This document shows, in pieces, positions 25,418-35,703 of a stretch of 64,000 nucleotides of DNA. Below the pieces are notes generated by a model. The model searched no databases. It had not been told where the DNA came from and saw only the letters and a program-made list of their open reading frames with translations. The stretch lies in contig CM120648.1 in NCBI GenBank assembly GCA_051362555.1, positions 5,638,587-5,702,586 of the forward strand, written 5' to 3'. The position numbers and the translations under genes are program-made. This stretch comes from Lingula anatina. Its lineage: Eukaryota; Animalia; Brachiopoda. The stretch's first letter is position 1. Every line of letters starts with the position of its first letter.

Positions 25418-27057
25418 TCACTGGTGTTCGTCCTGCACCCAGAAGTGTGACGGTGAGTCGGTAAACAGGGAATCAGGAATGAAAGGAACCTCTCGTTTAT
25501 TAGCTTGACCTAGGTTCAATATCTGAAAAGGAAAATTCAAAACAGAAAAAAGATATTTTTTATTTTGATTCAAAATGATGAATGGATCACTTTCATTTTA
25601 ATCTATTCACAAAGTGGTGTATTTTCTGATGTTTTCTTATTAATAGGTCAAGTCATTGGCGCGAAGCAACGCAAATAGGACTTTGAATGTAAAAGTGCTC
25701 CATGTACAAATCGTTTCTAATGTGACACTTTCCATGCCCAATGCCAACTTAATCTTTAATCTCAATCCGTAAGTTGAGCGTTTAAAACATGCCACAATGA
25801 GTAAATTAATCAATAAATTGATTTACACAATAAAGCACTACTCAGTTATGTACTAGTGAACCAACAAAAACTGCATTAGCGGTAATTGAATTGTATTACC
25901 TTTTTCACACATTCCATGTCTCTCCACGCCCTTATCTTCCGAACCATAGGGTGCTCAGGGTGGAAATGATTTCGCAGGAACTCTTCCGTTACCAGGTACG
26001 ACTGATTCCCTTTCACTTTCGGTTTCCCGGGCTTTCGTCCCATGGGCTGCAGTCCACTGCCTCCATTGTCTTTCAGGACGGCTAGCAATAGCGGAGTAGG
26101 CTTGTTTGGTTCCTGAAGTGTCTTTTGAAGGAGAGCACTTTTTATATAGTCGCGTGGCATGACGTAATTAAAGCTTGGTTTATAGCGGCTGTTTCTACCC
26201 CCGTGCTTAGTATTATCGATGTAAAGAGAGTTACATTGTATCCTGTAGGAATGGTACAACATCCCCATATGATGACGGGCAATCCAGCCGCCCGTGTACC
26301 AGGAGTCGTAGTCAAAGTGGGTGTCGTAAGGAAGAAGAAATGATAACGTGTCTTTGTGGAAAGCGTTAAAACACTCGTCAAAATCGTGGTGCAGATCTAC
26401 AGGTTGCCGGAGGTTTGTTGGCTGCCTTCCTCCGTAGTACCGAACGTACCCAACGGCCGGCTTGTAGTATAAGAGGAAATCTTCAAATCTTTCCAGCGGA
26501 TCAGTTTTCATTTGATCCCATGGTTTCCAGTTGACTGCATTTTCATTGCGTAAAGAAAGCACAACGTCATCATCAATGAATACGTAGTAGAGATATCCGC
26601 CGTTTGAAGTGTTTGACACCAAATGGACAACATAATGTAATAGAGCGTTCCTTCCCGAAACCGCTGTTGAATAAGGCGAAAAAATGTCACCAGATTTGTC
26701 ATAAAATGTCAGCCAAAAGACGTCACGATCTGCTGACTCTTTTAGCCATTTTATTTCCTTTCGCTTGGGACCCTGAACCATGTACGCAAATAGTTTGCTT
26801 TTGGCGGTGGTCAAGTTCCGAGGATTCACGACTTCATAACCGACACTTAACGGGTATCTAGGGGCAACGACAAAGGATGATGCATTAAAACCCGAGAGAA
26901 AGTCAATCGTGACGTCACATCCGGCCACCCGACCCCAATGACGTTGATTTGTGTGGTGAAAAAATAACAATGCCCAATAAAAACATGCCGTGGTGTAAAG
27001 CATCAATAGGAATGAGATGTTGAGACATTTAAAGCCATTCCTCTTAAAACAAGCCAT
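25418..27057 (-). CDS. Putative GT-A glycosyltransferase-like type II membrane protein, paralog 1 (420 aa, two coding exons)
   Basis: Exon 27057-25900, phase-0 intron 25899-25523 (AAG|gtaata...ttttcag|ATA), exon 25522-25418 encoding ILNLGQANKREVPFIPDSLFTDSPSHFWVQDEHQ*, homologous to the C-termini of paralogs 2-4. N-terminal hydrophobic anchor; YYVFIDDDVVL motif. Function is inferred. Confidence 0.8.
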
Positions 27058-27885
27058 CGTTCATCTTTACTGGATAACATTCATGAAGTTTATGTTCATA
27101 TTCTGGTGCCAGTGACCACTTTCCATAAGATAAATTCCATAAGCTCCACTGCAAATCAAGAGACTTGGAATTTAAGTGTTTGATAGGACTGGTATTCTGC
27201 AAATATACAATTAAAATCTCAAGAAACAGCGTATAAAGCAAACAGTCCATTGTCTAATTTTATATCATAATTGATAATGTCCAGAATTTTCAAGCACTTA
27301 ACAAATCCACAGACTAGTAAATTACTACAGTCAACAAGTTGTATTAATTTAAATTATGGAAATGAATTCCCCTTCTCGATATCTCTACATATGTAGTGAC
27401 AATACACAACCATATCCCTGGGACTTTAAACGCTCTGAACTGGTGGATATTGGTACACAAGTGCTTCTGCATCACTATTAGTGGTCAGTAAGTATGTATG
27501 CGGCGAGAGCAGACGTCAAAATGGCGTAAAACGTGCTTAGTTATCTTTCAAATCTCCTTTGGTTAAAGAGTCTTGCGTCAAGAAATGACTTCCCGTGCGC
27601 AAATATAAAAAAGAGGGCCCATTAAGAACTTGTTCAACCAACAACCAGGATCAAGCTAGATAACTTTTAATATATATGTCTTACAAAATGTTTAATTTTT
27701 GGGTGCACATTATTTTTTAATCAATAAATAAATAAATGACTAAAATGCATGTAATGTAAGTTTAGATATAAATTAAATTAATTTAAATTGAAAAGGTTGA
27801 AACATAAGATATAGGCCTAATTAAAAAAGAACCTGATAAATAAAATTAAAAATGATAAAAATTACCTACGTCAGAACACGACTGG

Positions 27886-27957
27886 AGCAGAGTGGCGCAG
27901 TGGAAGCGTGCGGGGCCCATAACCCCGAGGTCCTAGGATCGAAACCTAGCTCTGCTA
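27886..27957 (+). tRNA. tRNA-iMet: Initiator tRNA-Met (CAT)
   Basis: 72 nt, AGCAGAG...CTCTGCT-A with A1:U72 pair, anticodon CAT at 27918-27920, G-C-rich anticodon stem, GATCGAAA T-loop typical of eukaryotic initiator tRNA, T-run at 27970-27973. Confidence 0.95.
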
Positions 27958-28856
27958 GAAAAGGGTTCATTTTGCACAGATGCATCAAATCTCATTTGCT
28001 TTGCTTTTCGTCATAACAAAACTAAATGTTCTGTGTTTTTCTATCTGATAAATACACAATAAATCAACAGTATCATGTGCACGTTACATTTCACGTGATA
28101 ATAATAGATAAATATTGACGTTAACGATGTACGAAGTACGTAGGCCTACATCATTCTTTCAAGTAAAACTTTGGTTACCACGGTTTCGGTAAAGAAACTT
28201 TGGTGATTACTTCTGTGAATGTTTAATACCACTAATTTTTAAATGTGCACTTGAAAGACAGCTCGGTACGTTAATTTTTGTAATTTTCGCTCAAGTTACT
28301 TTATATTCTGTCCCCTACATATACGCACTGAAAATGCGAAAAGCAAAATACTAAGCGCGTTTTGAAATCAAACATTATGATATATGCCATTTCTGGTCGA
28401 AAACTTTGAATAAAAAAACAACAACAAATACAGATAAGCATGACATTTCTATATTTCATGTCGGAATCACATATTTATACTCGCGTCCTGACCAACTCGC
28501 ACTCATTAGTAATTTACTGCCCATCGCAGACATTTGCGGTCAACCGCAAGTGCCCCAGCACCAATGCAGTTTTGTCAAATGCGCCTTGGTCACTGTATAA
28601 GATAAGGGGACAAATTAGGAATTTTAAAAAATCCATAACATTGTTGTGAAAAGTCTACTGTTCTGGGGTGGAACTCCGGTGTAGGTATCACACTGCCCTT
28701 TCCTCATTTAAGCCAAGATTAGGCCTACGTTTTATTGCCATGGGCGCCACACTATGAAATCGTATACAATGTTCCGTGCGATAATTTTGACATCTTAAGT
28801 AAGCTATGGGGTACGTTGAGTACCTTGACATTACGTGTGGTTGCCGTGACCTTGAG

Positions 28857-29068
28857 GTCACGTGGGGGCATTCAGTTGTTGGTTGAAAAGTAATCGTACG
28901 GAGCCCTTTCAGTCTCCAACTTGATCATGAAGTCACGTGGGGATAATTCGGTTATTGGTTGAAAAGTGATCATACGGAGCCCTTTCAGTCTCCAACTTGA
29001 TCATGAAGTCACGTGGGGATAATTCGGTTATTGGTTGAAAAGTGATCATACGGAGCCCTTTCAGTCTC
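28857..29068 (+). repeat. Tandem repeat of 75-76 bp, about 2.8 units, carrying CACGTG and ATTGG motifs
   Basis: Units start gtcacgtgggg at 28857, 28932 and 29008; units 2 and 3 appear identical. Confidence 0.85.
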
Positions 29069-30056
29069 AGTACAGTTGCCGTACGCTATCGTGAAGACTG
29101 CTACGTTGTCGGTATACCCCTACGATTTCAAGTACCCCTGCAGTCAGGGTAAGGAAACGCACAGCTTCAGAAACTTGCATATGAATAACTTAAAGTTTTA
29201 AACATATTTACTATTGTCATGTCTTTAAAAACCACCAAAGATAGAAGGAAAGAAGTTGAACATTTATCACGATCACGGCAAGTTCACCAAACAATACCCT
29301 AACGGGAACTGTACCATTTACAATGATGCTACGGCCTACGGGCTTGCGATTTTTTCAAATTGTCAAATGTTTTCTTGACAAAAATGTTACCAGTAGGGGC
29401 TACGGAAGCCATCTATCCGTACAATTTCGTATGATTTTTCACGGTCACTACCTGCCCCCGCCCATTCGCCGCACGAAAAGGGATTTACTGGCACTATAAA
29501 AGCACCGAACGGACATCGCATGGCCGTTGTATTCTAACTGTTGTTTCATCAGTAAACAAGAACCGTCAACAAGCAAAGAGGGACAATGTCTATTCAAATG
29601 AATTACTGATTTAACGGTTATTTTTACATGGAACTTTACGCCATCCTAATATGATAAGAGCTGATGCCATAGCTAGGATGAAAATTTGCTGTTATCTCAT
29701 TGGTCAAAGAACTTGAAGGTTAAATAAAGAAAGACAAAACATTTATAAATTTCCAAACCAATTTATTTCAATTTATTTATGTCCTCTAATTCATATTGAA
29801 GCATACACGCTAAATGTTTACCTATATAATTAAATGTACGATACATAAAGACTTGTTGGTCAAAAATGTGCTAGAACTAATAAAAATTATTATTATTATT
29901 ATTCGGTCAAAGTTCGAACATCACATGGCAATGTAACCTAGCCTTTGACTCTTGTATTTTTTCTTTTTTTCTCCTTTTTACCCTTTTTCAATTTTCCCAG
30001 ACTTATTCAGTAGAGGCAGAATGGCACGTGTATGTTTTTCTTTTCCAGATATCGGG

Positions 30057-31355
30057 ATGTGGCCAAGAGCTGTCCATGGCCCTCAGTGTTGGACCAGCAT
30101 TTGCGTTATAAAGTACATGTTGGTGGTTCAGGGCTCAATCTTTTTCATGGGATTGTTGATGATATTAGGGAGAACGCCTATGAGCGTCAGCCGCATATCA
30201 ATTCAGACTTGTGACCAGACAGAAGGGACGATTCCTTCAAAATGGTCGACTTTCTCACTGCTGGCAAGCGCTACGTACAAAATCGTAAAACCACGGAATT
30301 ACACGAACTTAGAAAGTAAACGATTCGCTTACATGGTGCTAGGACCGCGACGAATTGATATAGAAGGGCTTCAGGAGACAATCGATCGCGACGTCTTTTG
30401 GGTTACTTTTAAAGACAAATCTGGTGACATTTTCTCACCAAGAGCAACGCACAATGGAGCACGGAATGCTCTTTTACATTACGTCGTGAATATGGCCTCG
30501 CACACTTTGAACGGTGGATACCTTTACTATATCTTCATGGATGATGACATTGTGTTGTCTTTGCGTAACGATGGAAACGTTAACTGGAAACCATGGAAAC
30601 AAATGAAAAATAACACTTTCGAAAGATTTGAGGATTTCCTCTTAGATTTTAGACCGGCTGTAGGATACGTCCGGTTCCAAGATAATTGGAGGCAACCAAC
30701 AGATGCCAGCAGGTCTACAGACCTTCATCACGATTTTGACGAGTGTTTTAACGCTTTCCACAAAGACACGTTATCTTTTCTCCTTCCTTACGACACCCAC
30801 TTTGACTACGACTCCTGGTACACGGGCGGCTGGATTGCCCGTCATCATATGGGGATGTTGTACCATTCTTACAGGATGCAATGTAACTCTCTTTACATCG
30901 ATAATACCATTCACGGGGGTCGCAGCGATCGATACAAGGCCGGTTACGACTATGCAAAAGCACGGGATTACATAAAAAGTGCAATTAAGCCTACATCAAC
31001 CATGCTTCAGAAATCGGTATTGCAGGCAGATAGCGAAGGGAAAGGCCTGCAGCCAATAGGGCGCATGCCCGGTGAGCCTAAAGTTAAAGGGGATCACTCC
31101 TATTTGATTACCGACGAGTTCATCAGTTCTAATTTTATAAAATATCATCCTATGATTCAAAAAATAATGTCATGGAGAAAGACACCGGAAGTTGAAAGGA
31201 TTCTTCACTTGCGCACAAGAAATGAGTCCAGGTTTATACCTGATTCTTTATATACCGATTCACCAACTCGATTTTGGGTACCTAAGTCCAAGCAGAAGAG
31301 CAGAAAAACAAATAAACACCGACATTCGCATATACGCCGTCGTGAGTGGCATTAA
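30057..31355 (+). CDS. Putative glycosyltransferase-like type II membrane protein, paralog 2 (432 aa, basic C-terminal extension)
   Basis: Uninterrupted ORF; YYIFMDDDIVL; TM segment YMLVVQGSIFFMGLLMILG. ATG 30057 chosen because, as in paralogs 3 and 4, it lies 8 nt after a pyrimidine tract + AG; ATG 30021 is an alternative. Confidence 0.8.
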   Translation: MWPRAVHGPQCWTSICVIKYMLVVQGSIFFMGLLMILGRTPMSVSRISIQTCDQTEGTIPSKWSTFSLLASATYKIVKPRNYTNLESKRFAYMVLGPRRIDIEGLQETIDRDVFWVTFKDKSGDIFSPRATHNGARNALLHYVVNMASHTLNGGYLYYIFMDDDIVLSLRNDGNVNWKPWKQMKNNTFERFEDFLLDFRPAVGYVRFQDNWRQPTDASRSTDLHHDFDECFNAFHKDTLSFLLPYDTHFDYDSWYTGGWIARHHMGMLYHSYRMQCNSLYIDNTIHGGRSDRYKAGYDYAKARDYIKSAIKPTSTMLQKSVLQADSEGKGLQPIGRMPGEPKVKGDHSYLITDEFISSNFIKYHPMIQKIMSWRKTPEVERILHLRTRNESRFIPDSLYTDSPTRFWVPKSKQKSRKTNKHRHSHIRRREWH

Positions 31356-31527
31356 AAAAACTTGGAAAGGTAACTTTTACAAGGGTGGGTTGAGGCGAAA
31401 CTTGATTCTGCGTCACACACACCCATCGCTGCGAAATATAGTTTAAAAACTGTTGCATTTTGAGAGATTCTACAGTTACTTTTTCTAACAGTTTTTCAGT
31501 TCCTTAAATATTTATATATACATACAT

Positions 31528-31530
<3 letters not shown>

Positions 31531-31611
<81 letters not shown>
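31531..31611. repeat. (AAT)n followed by (ATT)n: self-complementary microsatellite
   Basis: Directly visible; the repeat switches strand near 31567. Confidence 0.9.
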
Positions 31612-31615
<4 letters not shown>

Positions 31616-32898
31616 AAATATATAGTTTCTTCTAACATCATACATTTATAATTATTATTTAATTTTTCATATTAAATAATAAAAAATAGTTTTTTCTGAC
31701 AGTCTTCAAAAACGAAACACCAGCTGTGCGTTCTCAGAGTTGAGGGGCACCACGGTTGTGATAAGGGAGATTGGAACGATCTATATGTACACGTATTATT
31801 TGTTGCTATTTAATACACCCAAAAAACAGTCATATTATTTTTAAAAAAACCCTTACACTGTGACAGCGATCCCAGAGACGATGACTTTGGATGTCACTGG
31901 ATAAAGCCATTTTTAGTTGTGCTGGATATCCTAATGCGTTTTGACAGTGCGCGCAGGTTCTCCATAGCCTTGTCTGATTATGATCGTCAGTTTATCTCTA
32001 ACGCCTATTTAACATGATTTAATATGAATCAATTCTAGACATAAAGAATTAAATATTAGATCCGAAAAATTCATTCTATGATCGCGATGCGAGTACAATA
32101 TATACTAGGAGGTGCATATTGTGAAATAGAAATATCCGTTCAGTGTAGTTTAGTCTGGTTTGGAAAAGAAAAAACCTTCATACTTACAAATTAGTTTCAG
32201 ACTTTGTATTGTAAGGGTAAACTGAGTAAAATATGTTTATTAAATTTATCATAATATTATTAAATATTAATAAACTAAAGCTAGAAATTCTGAAGCTTCA
32301 TAAGCTTATGAGTAGATGTTTAACTATAATCTACTTTTAAGTACATCCCTCCTAACTTTTTCGATTTTTCCTTCGTGTTTTGATCCTTCACAACAACTGG
32401 GAACAATAAAAAATTATGTAATTTACCTGTACACTAAATCCCTAAATACAAATGTGAAACAAAACAAAACCTTTTCCTGTTATAAATGTAAACAAAGCTG
32501 AAAAATCTTATATTTCATCAATTTTTTTCATGTTGCAATTTTATTAAGATTACTGAACACATTTCATATAAAATTACATATAAAACAAATTTCAAACAAT
32601 TAAAACTAATAAATAAGATGTAAAACAATCTTTCTAAACTACTTCAAAATTTCCGCTATTTTTCCATTTTCACAAAAACTTGGAACAACAAAGAAAATAT
32701 CTTCAAAGTCACCTGTACACTGACTCATTTAATACAAATCTAAATAAAGTTTTATATACCTCTTCCGTTGTAAGTGGCAGACGATCATTAACCAAGCCAA
32801 AAAAAAAGACAATAATAAAAAATAATACAATCGCAATCATCAGTAGCGCTCTCTATCAGGGTTGGAGAGAGAATGGTTTTCACTAGAAACTCACAACC

Positions 32899-33192
32899 AA
32901 CTAGAAAAGCACTCCGAGAGCGCAGACCTCCGCCAAGGCGGCAATTTTTTTATTATTATTGATTTTTGATTGATTATTGATCCGGATCACAAAAAAAAAA
33001 TAATAATAATAATAATAATAATAAGATAAAATAAATAAAATAATAATAATAATAATAATTATCTGTTCCTTGACCCACTACTGACAGTTCCTGAAAGTTT
33101 AATCAAAATCGGTCCATAACTTTCTGAGTTATGTTGATGACAGACAGACAGACAAACAGGGGTGAAAACATAACATCCTTGGCGGAGGTAAT
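32899..33192. mobile_element. Helentron/DINE-like non-autonomous element
   Basis: aactag at one end, inverted repeats acctccgccaagg (32926-32938) and ccttggcggaggt (33177-33189), internal (GACA)n and (AAT)n tracts. Classified by structure only. Confidence 0.6.
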
Positions 33193-35184
33193 TATCTGAC
33201 CTTTGCACATTTCTGTCTAGCGAGATTTTCTTTGCACCGGTGTCACGAAATTGAGGGTCCCCCATGATAGAGAATCCGCTTCCCATTCAGTTGTACTGTA
33301 CAAGTAAGCCTCACCCTAGATTTTGACTATCCTCCACCAGGGCGACAGATTGATTTTTCACAAGATTTTCACAGATATGTCTTTAAATAAATAGACAATC
33401 ATTTCATTCTCTGCCATTCACTGGCTTTTTCAAGATTCCCTTATAATATCTGTAGAGGGTAGATTTTGACCCGCATAGGTCAGGCTAACCCTTACAATTA
33501 TAACTAAATGGAGGGCGGACTCTCCGTTACACGGACTCTCAGTTTCGTTAAACCACATCTTGCATATATGCGCATGAAGCCATTTGTTCACATTTTTTCT
33601 TAATACTTGGAAAGTAAACCCTACCCTCTACCATGTCTGATGATTAATTATTATCTAACAGTTCAGAAGAGTGCCAGAACAATAAAGTAATTAATTTTTT
33701 TCTTCAATCAACAGCTAACTATTGAAATTGTTTTACCCCCATTATTTAGCTGTTGATTGAAGAAAAAGTCAATTTTATTCTTATAACATAACACAGTTAA
33801 TGAAATTTGTCTCTGAGAAGGATGCCATGAATTCACCAGTGACATTTCTGTAAATATCTAGTGAAAAATCAAGCTGTGGTCCTGGTAGAAGGCAAGGTAA
33901 CCCTAAGTGATCCACGTCAGGGATGAAACATTTGGCCTAATTGTAATTGTAGGGTTTTCACAAAGGTATACCTTTCTTCCGCACATTGTCACCGCTTTAC
34001 TGCCTACGGGTGAAGGTGACAACCATTCACACCTTCATTTCACCTGTCCACGCGGTGTCACGTACGTCAGTGGTATTGGACATAGTACATATGACAGCAG
34101 AGGAATCAACGTCTTTCTGGAGCCGGCTGATACAGTGACTGCACGGTTTTACAGTTCTTACAGAATTATAGTAAGTGAGTGTACAGGTTTAAAATGTGCA
34201 AATTTTGTCGATGGCATGCATGTACCTCGTTTCTTAGATGACCCTATTAATTGACTTGTATTTATCCTAGATAAACGGGAGAACGTCTTTTTGAAGATTA
34301 ACATGTGTGTCATTGCTTACATGTTTAGAACAAACTTTTTAACCACACAATGAAAGGCCTATATATTCCAATGTTATATCTTATTTAAATTACAAAGTTT
34401 AGATAAAAAGACCTAAAAAAAGAGACGGGGTAGGGAAAGTAGATAACCAAGTTAATTTATGTATAATACAACTTAAACTTGTGGGAAAAGAAGTAAGCAC
34501 ATGCACGTGCTATATTTAAGGTTTATACTGTGGGTAAACGCCCCTAAACGCACAGAGAAGTAGCTATACTGCTTGAAGGACATCATTTTGGTAACCGTAC
34601 AATGGAACAGACACTACGGTACCGTAATATATCAAAATATGCAAATGAGCACCAAGTGTTAGGATAATGTACCTTTGTTATTATTCAAAATAACGCAACG
34701 TTCTCCATACCCGCCTCTTCATTTCTTGACAAGGCATCGGTGTCCATGCAAAGAAATATGCCATAAACTATGTTTTAACAGCTCTGTAAGCTCTGTAACA
34801 CGGAAGCTCAGTTTCACTTGAGAACATTTTCAGAAAATGTTTAAATATCGGTGCTACAATGACATACTAGTATTCATGGGGCGCTCGAAATCAATAGGAA
34901 AAATCATTGAACCTGGCAAGAGCTATCGTGGTTATTAATTTATTAATTAATTTGTTTATTAATTATTGTCCAACGAGGAGGATCTCATCCGCTACATTTG
35001 GTATATGTAGCTGCATTTGGATATATAAGCTTTAAATATTATGTTTTAGGGGTGCCTCTGGGTGAAATTCAAGTGCTTTTGCTCGGTATATACTTAGTAC
35101 ATGTATATATCGCTCAGGTGACAGTGTATTATCTCACACTTGTACTTAACTGACCTCGATGCCAAAGGTACACTCCCTGTGAAA

Positions 35185-35415
35185 ATTTGCCTCATTTAAC
35201 GCTCACTTACGGTTCTCAATCTGTCCTAGAACATAATGTTTTTCTCTTTTAATGAAAAATGTTCTTAATCTGTTCTAGGAAATTCTGAAGGACTTCCCAA
35301 AAACAGTTCTTGGGATGTTACATTCATTACAGAACAACATTTGAACTGTGAAAAAAATACACCAAATGTTCTAGAATAGATTGAGAACCGTAAGTGAACG
35401 TTAAATGAGACAAAT
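35185..35415. mobile_element. Inverted-repeat element (MITE remnant) upstream of paralog 3
   Basis: About 50-bp arms atttgcctcatttaacgctcacttacggttctcaatct... / ...agattgagaaccgtaagtgaacgttaaatgagacaaat; no TSD identified. Confidence 0.6.
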
Positions 35416-35703
35416 GCGGCGATGATATGAAGATGAAGCAATATGTTCTTCTCCTATAGTAGTAGTAGTAGTAGTAGTAGTAGAAGTACTAGTAACTTAC
35501 ATGTAGTAGTTGTTTATCCTACACGTGAAATCAGTTTTTATTCCGTTGAGTTTACCATATTCGGTACATTTTCCCGTTCAAGCATCCGTAGGTCCTGGAC
35601 TTTTTTCTCTTTTTTCCTTTCTCAGTGCGACAATACCTTTGTAGCATAGCTCAGAATGTCAATTTTTTTACCCTGTGTATATTTATCTTTTCTAGAAAAC
35701 GAA

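Noticed and set aside
29952-30056. N-terminal extensions of paralogs 2 and 4 given by the ORF track
   Set aside because: TTG starts running through pyrimidine tracts and acceptor-like sites; the homologous ATG lies 8 nt after the AG in three copies.
32179-32190. ATACTTAC resembling the U1 snRNA 5' end (also near 24891)
   Set aside because: No U1 body follows; it is a reverse-complement splice-donor-like motif.
33907-34254. 115-aa ORF between paralogs 2 and 3
   Set aside because: GTG start and no motif; more likely promoter or 5' UTR sequence.
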